32,000 nucleotides of DNA from Candidatus Saccharimonadota bacterium (GCA_001790095.1 MGBH01000001.1:1110001-1142000); one strand, 5' to 3'. Counted from the stretch's first letter, positions 8,708 through 17,460 are shown. Notes: generated by a model from the letters alone, not told the origin. Numbers and translations are program-made.

Positions 8708-9781
8708 ATGAACAATAATTTAGTAGATGTATTTATTAAGCTCGTGCAAATTGATTCTGTGACAGGATATGAAAAGAAAATAACTGACTTTTTAGTCTCT
8801 TATCTCAAGGGAATGGTTGATATAGTGAAGAAAGATAGCTATGGTAATGTGTATGCACGAATAGATGGAGAAGGAAAGCCTATTTTTTTTGCTTCTCATA
8901 TGGATACAGTTGAGCCAGGTAGGGGCATTAAGCCGAAGATAAAAAAAGGATATATTGTTTCAGATGGAACTACGATCCTTGGCGCCGACAATAAAGTTGC
9001 TATTGCAGGCATGTTGGAAATAGCAAGGTTGATAAAGAAGAGTAAAGTCTTACACCGGCCAGTTGAGTTTCTGTTTACATTATCTGAAGAAGTTGGAAAT
9101 TATGGAGCGATTAATTTTGACTATAGCATGCTCCGATCAAAATTAGGTTACTGTTTTGATACGTCAAGGCCTGTTGGGACGATCGTAGATGCTTCCCCTT
9201 TTTATGAAAGGTTTGACATAATCATAAAAGGGAAAGCAGCTCATGCTTCATTACCGGAACAGGCCAATAATGTATTGTTTTTTCTCGCTTCGTTATTAAA
9301 AGAAGTACCTCTTGGGCAACTGGATGAAGACACTATTTTGAACATAGGTGTTTTGCAAAGTGGACATGTAAGAAATACTATTCCAGGAGAACTCACTTTT
9401 AAAGGAGAGATACGGAGTTTTGTCGAATCATCGCTTCTTCATCATAAGGAGATTGTATTAAAAAAAATACACCAGCTGGTAAAAAAATATAATATGCAGA
9501 TAGTCTGCGAATTTGTAAGAGAAAACCCCGGATACAAACACACAGATAAAGAATCGTTGAGGGCGATCAAAAACATAGAAAAAAAGATGAGTCTTTGTGG
9601 TCTGAAGCCAAAGATAGAAAGCGTATGGGGAGTGTCGGATGCAAACATTTTTAATGAAAGGGGACTTATCTGTTTTAATCTTGGAGACGGCACAGAACAT
9701 CCTCATACTACAAATGAAAGGATTAGTATTTCTCAACTCATGACCTTGGCGCGATTGATGACCCAACTTATTATGCCATGA
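8708..9781 (+). CDS. M20-family metallopeptidase (PepT-like tripeptidase)
   Basis: SHMDTVEPG, LGADNKVAIAG and LSEEVGNYG match the M20 metal-binding and catalytic motifs. Confidence 0.8.
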   Translation: MNNNLVDVFIKLVQIDSVTGYEKKITDFLVSYLKGMVDIVKKDSYGNVYARIDGEGKPIFFASHMDTVEPGRGIKPKIKKGYIVSDGTTILGADNKVAIAGMLEIARLIKKSKVLHRPVEFLFTLSEEVGNYGAINFDYSMLRSKLGYCFDTSRPVGTIVDASPFYERFDIIIKGKAAHASLPEQANNVLFFLASLLKEVPLGQLDEDTILNIGVLQSGHVRNTIPGELTFKGEIRSFVESSLLHHKEIVLKKIHQLVKKYNMQIVCEFVRENPGYKHTDKESLRAIKNIEKKMSLCGLKPKIESVWGVSDANIFNERGLICFNLGDGTEHPHTTNERISISQLMTLARLMTQLIMP

Positions 9782-9784
9782 TAT

Positions 9785-10867
9785 ATGAATAACTTAATTG
9801 ATTTTGTTCAAAAACATAATAAAGAATGTGGGATTGACGCTTTGTTTATATCGAATTTTTATAATATTTTATATCTGACGGGTTTTAAGACACTTTCACC
9901 TCATGAGCGTGAAGCGTTTCTTCTTATTACCCAAAAAAATGCTTACCTTTTTAGTGATGGAAGATATCATGAAAATTTTAAAGCTCAAAATTCAGATAGC
10001 ATCGAATATAGATTGCTTACCTCAGAAAAGTCATTGAAAAAACATTTAGAGGAGATTGTATACGAAGAAGGAATCACAAAGCTTGGATTTGAGAGAGAGG
10101 ACCTTAAGTTTTATGAGTATGAAGTTTTTCAAAAATCTTTATCTGTTGAGCTAGTGCCACAAGATAAAACAATACTTAAAATGAGGATGGTTAAACAAAG
10201 GAGAGAAATTGAGTATATAGAGAAAGCATGCAGAGGGGGAGATATGTGTTTAAAAGATATAGTTCCACTTATTAAAGTGGGAATAACTGAGAAAGAGATA
10301 GCGTGGAAGATTGAAAAATGGATACGAGAGAAAGGGTATGAAGTTGCTTTTGACCCCATAGTGGCTATAGATGCAAGTAGCGCCCTCCCTCATTACGACA
10401 CACAAAGTGGTAATGGTTATGTCAAAAATCGCTCTATTATCCTCATTGATATGGGGGTAAAGTATCAGGGCTATAACTCAGATATAACTCGCATGTTTTT
10501 CATGGGGAGCCAACCCGATGAAGTCAGACGTGTTTATCAAACACTTCTTGATGCTCAAGTAAAAACAATTCAACATATCTCAAAAGCAAAAAAATTATCT
10601 GAGATTGATGTGTTTTGCCGGAATAAAGTTACAGTATCAGACTATTCACATTCAACTGGTCATGGAATAGGCCTTGAAGTGCATGAGTACCCCAAAATTT
10701 CATCCCTTTCTCAAGATGTTTTGAAGGTAGGTAGCGTCTTTACCATTGAGCCGGGTATTTATATACCAGGCAGATGGGGTATGAGGATAGAAGATACTGT
10801 GGCTATTGAGACGAGTGATCAGATTCTGGTTTTGACGAGGTATCCGAAGGAGCTATGTCTTCTTTAG
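9785..10867 (+). CDS. M24-family Xaa-Pro aminopeptidase/dipeptidase
   Basis: IDMGVKYQGYNSDITR, HSTGHGIGLEVHEYP, EPGIY, RIEDTV; creatinase-like N-domain. Confidence 0.85.
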   Translation: MNNLIDFVQKHNKECGIDALFISNFYNILYLTGFKTLSPHEREAFLLITQKNAYLFSDGRYHENFKAQNSDSIEYRLLTSEKSLKKHLEEIVYEEGITKLGFEREDLKFYEYEVFQKSLSVELVPQDKTILKMRMVKQRREIEYIEKACRGGDMCLKDIVPLIKVGITEKEIAWKIEKWIREKGYEVAFDPIVAIDASSALPHYDTQSGNGYVKNRSIILIDMGVKYQGYNSDITRMFFMGSQPDEVRRVYQTLLDAQVKTIQHISKAKKLSEIDVFCRNKVTVSDYSHSTGHGIGLEVHEYPKISSLSQDVLKVGSVFTIEPGIYIPGRWGMRIEDTVAIETSDQILVLTRYPKELCLL

Positions 10868-13800
10868 GTTTATTATCTTCAATTTTCATCTCTTGTGCAG
10901 CTTCAAAATGTTTCTCTTCTTCTTTAGGTTTTGCCTTTTTGAGTTCGACCAACTCTTCGTCATCTTTTGATTTTTCTTTCAATTTTTCTGTAATCTGTCT
11001 TTCCATCTCTTTCATCTCTTTAACGTGTTTTGCTGCTTCAAGTTTTGCTTTAAGATATACAGCAAGCTCTTCTCCCTTTAGATTATTGATAAGGAAGATA
11101 GGTAAGATATATCCCAGGTCATCAACTCCTTGAGCCTTTAATTTTTCATCAGGTGACATGAGTTTGTTAAGGGTGTTGGTGATAAAGACGATGTCTTGAT
11201 CGACCCATTCCTCACGAGAAGAAAGATTTTCTGATACCGGCACCTCTCCTTTTTCATACTGTGAAGTCCACATTTTCTTCACCTCTTCATAGTCTTCTAT
11301 AGATACGCTAGGCGGAATAGAAAGAGTTTGTTCAATATGTTTTTCCGGTTCGGTTACGAGCGGAGTTTGAGTTGAGATGATTTTCTTTACCTGCTCTTCT
11401 TTGAGGTTTTCTTTTTCTGCAATTTTCTTGATGGTGTCTTTATCTGCAACTGCTACTTTTGCAACTTCCTTGATGACGGTAATCACTTTTGTTTTTTCAA
11501 TACCTGTTTCTTTACAGACATTGGTTATGATCTCAGCAGGGGTAGCTACTTGTTGGTTGAGTATCGGTGTATTGGCAACACGGTCAACCTCTTTTATCAC
11601 CGACTCAACTTTTTCTCTACTTATCCCCGTGGCTTGATAAATCTGATTTATTGTCTGTGTTTTAAACGAAGAAGATGAGGTGGTAGATGGGGCGGATGCA
11701 GAGATAGAGTTTTTATATGAGGCGAGAACTGTTTGTACCTGAGAGGAGGATGCGCTGGTATTTTTTGCAATGGTATTGACCATGTTGCTGTTTGATGCAA
11801 CTGAACTGACAAATGAACTATTTACTGATTGAGAAGAGGATATGGATGGTGAGTATGCAGAGACGGTGTTGATGCTTTTAGTTGCTTGGGCAACATTTTG
11901 GACATTTTGATTGAGTGAGCTAATGACTGACTGTATTTGAGGAGAGGAGACGTTGGTATTTTTTGACACTGTGTTGACAAGGCTACTATTTGCAGCAACA
12001 GAGGAGAAAAACGAATTGTTTACTGAAGATATTTTGTCTTGTGAAACATTTGCTTTGTATGATACAACCTGTGTAAGGGATGAGGTTTGAGGTACTGTCC
12101 GCAATAGTTCTTCTCGGCGCGTAGTCTGTTCGATGTGGGATGATGAGATGGAGGAGAGGATCTGTTTTGCCATGCGGTCTTCTTTTATGGTACGGTTGAA
12201 GAGTTCGGTGCGGATATTCATGAATTTCTGTCTTTCGGTTGGAGTCTCTGCTTTGGTTGGTTGAGAAAGGAAATCTAAATTTTTTCGAATAGTTTCATTT
12301 GATTGTTTATTTGTCTCAAAACGGGCGATATCAGTGATCTTATTCATAGAGAGATTCAAAGATTTACTTATTTCCTCTGTTTTTGTTTTTTTGATTTCCT
12401 CCATAGTCTCAAGACGTACTTTTATTGGTACTTCTACTTCATGAGGTAATTTGAGTGCTGTACCAGTTGAAGATGGAGAGGGCATGGGGGAGGAAGGTGG
12501 CGGTTTTGGTCCGGGAGCACCCCTTGTCTGATCATACATAGACATAAGGATATTTTTCATAGCATATATTCCATCACAGCAATAATCACGGAAGATACGA
12601 AGAAGCCACCATGGGAAAAAGGTCACAGCCCACAGCATGATGAGTGTAATGATGTATTCTGCAAATGTATCGACATAGTTTCCGTTATTTAAAGCAGACA
12701 ACTTTTGTAGATTGACCTGGGCAGGTCCTCCATAAGTGATATTGATACCCGTAGGGTAGATATATCCGACAAGATTGTTCACGCGCGAAAAATCAAAAGG
12801 AAATGGAATGCCTCGTTTCCAGATAGTGGCAAGACCTCCCAAAAAAAGGGCAAAGAGAGGTCCGTAAAAAACCCACTGGAAAAATACGCCAATCCAGATC
12901 CAACCGATATTGCGGATAAATACAAACGGCATAAGAAGAGCCAGGAACGGAGCGACAAATACAAGAAACCACAGAAGGATTTTTCTTAAAATAAGCATGA
13001 TTCCCATGACGTAGTAGGTAACATTGGTTATCTTAAGAAGTACGATTTCAGAACCCACCGCTTCACGTACTTTGTAATTTAGATCGCGGCATCCTACAAA
13101 ATCAACATAACTTTGTTCTTGTGAGACTGACCCGGTAAAGTAAATATTAAAAAGCTTGTCTCCTCCTAAGGTCTCAACAAAGAACTTCATGATGATCTCT
13201 GACATCTGAATGATAAAGATAGTCAGAGCATAAGAAAATAAAATATACAGGAGTCCCATCACGATCTTTGATATGATAGGCCAAACCTGTACTCTTAATT
13301 GGAAGTTTGCCTGTTGTCCGATGATAAGTCCTATGCCAAAGAGAGCAGATACGAGTATAAATAGAAAAAGCGCCACATTTTTTGTTGCATCCCATATGAC
13401 ACGAATGGTTGGGTGATTATCTATTGCGCTTTTACTTATGGCCCAGTAGATAAACTGGCGGGCTCTTTCATTTGATTTTCCTTGAGTTGTCACTTCCTCA
13501 TCAAGCGCCCAGTAATGATTTTTGAGAGGGTTTTTCATGAACTCAGAATAACTTGTTACGCAGGTCTCATTGAAGCTTGTATATGCATCTTTTAGTCCGG
13601 TTGGACAGTTGCCAAGATGAGAAGCTGTTGAACAAGGAAGCGGATCATAGGCGCCTTGGATAGCAGCAGTACTTGAAGAAGAACCACCACCGCCACCACC
13701 ACCACCTCCACCACCACCACCTCCATCATCATCGTCATCTCCACCTCCACCATCACATTCACACAATTCGTTTATATCATCTGTTTCTGTACAACCATCA

Positions 13801-13982
13801 GCGCCATCCGCACAAGTGCCACATACGCGTCCACGTCCACACTGTCCTCCTCCTATAGTATGGCATTCATTCCAATCTCCACACGTGGCTGCTTGAACAA
13901 CATGATTTGTATATGGTATGACTTTAAGCATGAGAGAAAGAACAAGCATCACGCAAAAAAAAACGGGAAAAAATCTCCTCAT
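10803..13982 (-). CDS. 1059-aa polytopic membrane protein; candidate VirB6/TrbL-like channel component with a long repetitive C-terminal tail
   Basis: Signal peptide, Cys-rich module, G14-D5-G4 tract, at least 6 TM segments in the region around residues 200-470, a Pro-rich linker (GAPGPKPPPSSPMPSPSS), then Ser-rich 66-aa repeats and a K/E-rich tail. The VirB6-like call is inferred from architecture and from the neighbouring PrgI/VirB4 genes. An in-frame ATG at 13988 is an alternative start. Confidence 0.6.
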   Translation of the reverse strand: MRRFFPVFFCVMLVLSLMLKVIPYTNHVVQAATCGDWNECHTIGGGQCGRGRVCGTCADGADGCTETDDINELCECDGGGGDDDDDGGGGGGGGGGGGGGSSSSTAAIQGAYDPLPCSTASHLGNCPTGLKDAYTSFNETCVTSYSEFMKNPLKNHYWALDEEVTTQGKSNERARQFIYWAISKSAIDNHPTIRVIWDATKNVALFLFILVSALFGIGLIIGQQANFQLRVQVWPIISKIVMGLLYILFSYALTIFIIQMSEIIMKFFVETLGGDKLFNIYFTGSVSQEQSYVDFVGCRDLNYKVREAVGSEIVLLKITNVTYYVMGIMLILRKILLWFLVFVAPFLALLMPFVFIRNIGWIWIGVFFQWVFYGPLFALFLGGLATIWKRGIPFPFDFSRVNNLVGYIYPTGINITYGGPAQVNLQKLSALNNGNYVDTFAEYIITLIMLWAVTFFPWWLLRIFRDYCCDGIYAMKNILMSMYDQTRGAPGPKPPPSSPMPSPSSTGTALKLPHEVEVPIKVRLETMEEIKKTKTEEISKSLNLSMNKITDIARFETNKQSNETIRKNLDFLSQPTKAETPTERQKFMNIRTELFNRTIKEDRMAKQILSSISSSHIEQTTRREELLRTVPQTSSLTQVVSYKANVSQDKISSVNNSFFSSVAANSSLVNTVSKNTNVSSPQIQSVISSLNQNVQNVAQATKSINTVSAYSPSISSSQSVNSSFVSSVASNSNMVNTIAKNTSASSSQVQTVLASYKNSISASAPSTTSSSSFKTQTINQIYQATGISREKVESVIKEVDRVANTPILNQQVATPAEIITNVCKETGIEKTKVITVIKEVAKVAVADKDTIKKIAEKENLKEEQVKKIISTQTPLVTEPEKHIEQTLSIPPSVSIEDYEEVKKMWTSQYEKGEVPVSENLSSREEWVDQDIVFITNTLNKLMSPDEKLKAQGVDDLGYILPIFLINNLKGEELAVYLKAKLEAAKHVKEMKEMERQITEKLKEKSKDDEELVELKKAKPKEEEKHFEAAQEMKIEDNKPKEDIAPSDTSSKPESDHSSQ
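13683..13754 (-). repeat. (GGN)14-(GAY)5-(GGN)4 trinucleotide low-complexity tract inside the 1059-aa gene
   Basis: The plus strand reads ACC/GCC/TCC triplets x14, ATC/GTC x5, then TCC/ACC x4, encoding G14 D5 G4. Confidence 0.9.
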
Positions 13983-14008
13983 ATATTCATGATAATTGAA
14001 ATCAGATT

Positions 14009-14037
14009 AATTGACAATAGAATGTAATAAAGATATT
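14009..14037 (+). promoter_or_regulatory. sigma70-like promoter candidate: TTGACA, 17 nt, TATTAT, in the divergent intergenic region
   Basis: TTGACA 14009..14014 and TATTAT 14032..14037. A second -10-like TATATT (14041..14046) sits 7 nt before ATG 14054. On the opposite strand, TTGTCA (14010..15), 17 nt, then TATCAT (13987..92) faces the 1059-aa gene. Confidence 0.35.
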
Positions 14038-14053
14038 ATTTATATTAAGCATT

Positions 14054-16045
14054 ATGAATATAATGAAAAACAAAACGATTTTATTTATAGCCTCAATTTT
14101 TTATATTTTAGTTTTATCACTCAATATTCCACCTGTTAAGGCAGAGACAATACAAGGGATTGATATGAAATGTTTGACTGGTATCTATTGCGACTCTGAT
14201 GGTGCTGATTGTCAAGGTCCGGGAGTAAAATATCACAGGGAAAAAATTAGTTTAAAAACAGGAGACACTGTTCCTGACGGAAAAGAAACATATATTATTC
14301 TATGTCTAAGCGATTTAAAACCAGCCCCAGACGGTACGCGGACGATGTGTACGACAGGTAATTCTGCAAAGGATATTGCTTTTTTTAATCAGGACAACCT
14401 AAGTGATATTAAGAATAGAGTTAATGGGTATGATTTTGAAAAGATAGAAGACCTTGACCCGGATCCACCGACAAGGTATGGCAATACAAAGATACGACAT
14501 GGGTTATGGACTGAGGATGGATCAACAAGAAAATGTTCTGAAAGCGATTGTTCCGGTGAACCGATCATCGCCTCAGGCGGCACTATCGGAGTCTGGCAAT
14601 GGGAAGATTTCATTCCGACAAACTCAGGTCAAGATGCAGAGGGAAACGAGAAAACACCAACCCATATGTGGTATCGGGCATATGAGACAGATCCACAACC
14701 TACTCAAATTCCAGGCGCAGGGCCAGGAATTGACGCTTCACAAAAACTTGGAGGATTAGATTTTGAGAAACTTGTTCTTGCTCCAGATTCAGCAGATTGT
14801 GTAAGTATATCGTGGGATCCGGAGGGGCGTATTTTTGATGCTCAGACTCTTGAACCCATAAAAGGAGCTAGAGTGGAGCTTCATGTTAAACAGAAAGACG
14901 GTCTATATAGATTTATGACGAGAGACGATTTCGTTAATCTTAACTTTATTAATCCTCAGATAACAAGCGCTGATGGGGCATTTACATACCTTGTTCCGGA
15001 TGGCGACTATAAACTAATAATGTATCCACCTAACGGATATTCATTTCCGACAGAAACATCATATGTAAATCCCGCCTATCTTCAAGCATACTGGAATCTA
15101 TACCCAAGCCAAACAGGAGTAGAGATTATTCAGAGGGGGAAAATACAACATAGGGATATTCCCCTTTTTTCTGCAACAAGAAAAGAGATTCGCGATCCTA
15201 TTTTAATGGGAACAACAACCCGAAGCAACGGGATAGATGGCTCATTGATTGTTGAGGGTACTGTTTCTCACCCTCTTACGAAAGTGATTGCCCATTCATA
15301 TAAAGTGGGTAAAGATAATCCAAACAGTAAAATATCTTATCGGCCAGTTGGTTCAGTTCAAGCTGATAAAATAGGTAAGTTTAAACTGATTATAAACCAA
15401 AACGACTTTGCGCAAGATGAGTTCTTCGGAGAATTGGAACTGAGTAAATATAACTATCAAACAAAATCCTTTAGTATCGTAAATGCTAAAAAACAATCAT
15501 TTGAGCCTCTTCCTACATATCTTGAGGGTTATGCTTATGATGAGAGCGGTAAAATAATACCGAATGCAAAGATAGAGATTCACGTTGGGTTCTCAAAACA
15601 GCCATATACATGGACTACAGCAGACGATAAGGGATATTTTAAAATCGAAAAACAATACCTTCCCAACATACCATATGAGATACAGTATAAATCTTCAAAC
15701 GGTTCGGTGGTAACTTCTACAACTTCAAAGTTTATTACGCAAAATCAATCATTCATTACCTCAAATAAGATCAGTCTGTATGGTGAGGCACCCTCATCAA
15801 ACCGTACGAAAAAACAATCAGAAACTGCTGGAAAGGATTTAACCTCTTTGAACCTTCAAAAAAGTGGAAGCGGTAACAATATGTCTAGTCAAAGTCAAAA
15901 AAATATTGCATCTTTTAATCCAAGTAAAAGTAATGCAAACCCTCTTATTCTTATTTTTATTCTTCTCATAATTCTTTTAAGTGGAGTGGCAATGGGAATA
16001 CTTCTCTATATGAAGAATAAACAATCCTATACTTCAAAGTGGTAA
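14054..16045 (+). CDS. secreted, C-terminally membrane-anchored surface protein with Cys-rich N-domain and carboxypeptidase-regulatory-like beta-sandwich domains
   Basis: Signal peptide ...NIPPVKA/ET. GRIFDAQTLEPIKGARVELHVKQKDG...DGAFTYLVPDGDYKL and GYAYDESGKIIPNAKIEIHVG...DDKGYFKI are CarboxypepD_reg-like strands. C-terminal TM segment LILIFILLIILLSGVAMGILLY is followed by KNK. Confidence 0.65.
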   Translation: MNIMKNKTILFIASIFYILVLSLNIPPVKAETIQGIDMKCLTGIYCDSDGADCQGPGVKYHREKISLKTGDTVPDGKETYIILCLSDLKPAPDGTRTMCTTGNSAKDIAFFNQDNLSDIKNRVNGYDFEKIEDLDPDPPTRYGNTKIRHGLWTEDGSTRKCSESDCSGEPIIASGGTIGVWQWEDFIPTNSGQDAEGNEKTPTHMWYRAYETDPQPTQIPGAGPGIDASQKLGGLDFEKLVLAPDSADCVSISWDPEGRIFDAQTLEPIKGARVELHVKQKDGLYRFMTRDDFVNLNFINPQITSADGAFTYLVPDGDYKLIMYPPNGYSFPTETSYVNPAYLQAYWNLYPSQTGVEIIQRGKIQHRDIPLFSATRKEIRDPILMGTTTRSNGIDGSLIVEGTVSHPLTKVIAHSYKVGKDNPNSKISYRPVGSVQADKIGKFKLIINQNDFAQDEFFGELELSKYNYQTKSFSIVNAKKQSFEPLPTYLEGYAYDESGKIIPNAKIEIHVGFSKQPYTWTTADDKGYFKIEKQYLPNIPYEIQYKSSNGSVVTSTTSKFITQNQSFITSNKISLYGEAPSSNRTKKQSETAGKDLTSLNLQKSGSGNNMSSQSQKNIASFNPSKSNANPLILIFILLIILLSGVAMGILLYMKNKQSYTSKW

Positions 16046-16056
16046 ACAATAAAAAC

Positions 16057-16800
16057 TTATGAGTGATGGGGGTGTTTACCGTGGGTTTTTTTATGAGTAA
16101 AATAGGTATTCTTTTTTGAGTAAATCAAGACAGCTGCTGCAGTAAGTAAAAAAAGGCCTCCTGCTATAGAACCAATATTTTTTGGAATATCAAAACCGGA
16201 TTGCGGCAATGCGGTTGGAGGAGGAGGGGGGGGAGAGGTTGGAGCAACAGGACATACACATGAAACCTCTTCAGGACATGTTTGTGCGCGGCAGTAGCCA
16301 GATGTTTGTCCGCTTGCGATATAACAATATAAACCACTCGGACATTCTGAAGAACTGGTACAGGTGTTGTTACAGACAGGGACGGGGGTTGGGCTTGGAG
16401 TTGGTGTCCACAATGTACACAACTCCGTTGATCCAGACTCAGCCGCTATTATTTTGAATACCACAGTTGCATATATACCTGTGCCGGTAAATCCAGCAGT
16501 ATTAGTGCCGGTAAACAGAAGTTTTCCTGTGCCCTGTGATGTGTCGACCGTAACGCTGTTCATAGCAGCTCCTGGAGCCGAGCTTACATATTCAAGGAAC
16601 TGCGTATCATAGGTCATTCCTGTTTGGATGGTGTTTATAGTTGCCCCCTGTGTATCCATGTTTACGGTAAAGGTGACTTCTTGTCCGCGTGAAAGTTCTC
16701 CTGATGGAGGAACGAGCTCAAATCGTACTGCGAAAGCAGATGGAGCTGATACAAAAAAAGCTATTATAAAAAATAAAGACACTCCTAGTTTTTTCACCAT
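16057..16800 (-). CDS. cohesin-like surface protein with Cys-knot module and LPxTG-type (LPQSG) sortase sorting signal
   Basis: Signal peptide ...SAFA/V. FELVPPSGELSRGQEVTFTVNMDT...LEYVS...ATVVFKIIA resembles a cohesin fold. Then a CxxxC-rich segment, PPPPPP, LPQSG, a hydrophobic stretch and a KKN...H-rich tail. Confidence 0.65.
   Translation of the reverse strand: MVKKLGVSLFFIIAFFVSAPSAFAVRFELVPPSGELSRGQEVTFTVNMDTQGATINTIQTGMTYDTQFLEYVSSAPGAAMNSVTVDTSQGTGKLLFTGTNTAGFTGTGIYATVVFKIIAAESGSTELCTLWTPTPSPTPVPVCNNTCTSSSECPSGLYCYIASGQTSGYCRAQTCPEEVSCVCPVAPTSPPPPPPTALPQSGFDIPKNIGSIAGGLFLLTAAAVLIYSKKNTYFTHKKTHGKHPHHS
16226..16233 (-). repeat. C8 homopolymer (G8 on plus strand) in the cohesin-like gene, just 5' of the sorting-signal codons
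   Basis: Coding strand is TCT CCC CCC CCT CCT CCT CCA ACC GCA TTG CCG CAA (S P P P P P P T A L P Q). An unusual G/C run for this AT-rich sequence. Confidence 0.9.
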
Positions 16801-16854
16801 ATCCTCATCATAATATACCTTTTTTTATTTCACAAGAGCCAAATGCGCTTTTTT

Positions 16855-16863
16855 TGTTATAAT
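16855..16863 (+). promoter_or_regulatory. extended -10 TGTTATAAT, 10 nt upstream of ATG 16874
   Basis: Read directly from the sequence, in the divergent region between the cohesin-like and DUF5667-like genes. Confidence 0.4.
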
Positions 16864-16873
16864 AAGCGTACGT

Positions 16874-17416
16874 ATGATAAAAAAGTTAGCTATATTGTTG
16901 TTGGCATTTCTCTTTATTGTTCCGGCCTTTTTTTACATTATTACTACTTCATATTCACAATCGATCACTTTGTCTGAAAAAAAAGTAATATATGATCTGC
17001 CTTATGCAGGGATACTTCCTGATAATCCGTTTTATATTTTGAAACAGATGCGTGATATTGTGATTGAGCTGTCCACAAGAGATCAGATGAAAAAAGCGGA
17101 AATACTTCTCTTATCTTCAGATAAAAAGATACACATGGCTCTTCTTCTTGCTAAAAAAGGTAAAAGCAAACTGATGATTGATACTTTGACTCAAGCAGAA
17201 GAGCAGTCTCTGCGGATTCCAGGCCTTATAACAAGTTCAAAAAAACAAGGAGTTGGTCCTAAAGAAGGATTTGTATATCGACTAAAACTCAGCAATGTAA
17301 AACATCGAGAAGTGATAGAAGAGCTCATCAAGAACCTGCCGCAAGGCAAGGAAAAGGAGATGGGTATAATCTTTGATTTGAACAATAAAATAAGAAAACA
17401 GCTTGATACGTTATAA
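16874..17416 (+). CDS. DUF5667-like membrane-anchored protein
   Basis: N-terminal TM segment, then LPDNPFYILKQMRD, the hallmark P-x-x-P-F-Y-x-L-K motif of DUF5667 proteins common in CPR genomes. Confidence 0.55.
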   Translation: MIKKLAILLLAFLFIVPAFFYIITTSYSQSITLSEKKVIYDLPYAGILPDNPFYILKQMRDIVIELSTRDQMKKAEILLLSSDKKIHMALLLAKKGKSKLMIDTLTQAEEQSLRIPGLITSSKKQGVGPKEGFVYRLKLSNVKHREVIEELIKNLPQGKEKEMGIIFDLNNKIRKQLDTL

Positions 17417-17460
17417 AGAATTGTATTTTGTGCAATTGTTTGATATATTATTTCTTCTAA

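Noticed and set aside
13673-13858. 61-aa His-rich ORF (HHRHHHHLHHHH...) on the plus strand
   Set aside because: It is the antisense reading of the (GGN)n/(GAY)n tract inside the 1059-aa gene. It is a compositional artefact with no independent start context.
13986-13988. Upstream in-frame ATG (MNMRRFF...) as the start of the 1059-aa gene
   Set aside because: Not excluded, but it overlaps the candidate -10 (TATCAT). The provided track and the signal-peptide geometry both fit ATG 13982, so it is kept only as an alternative.
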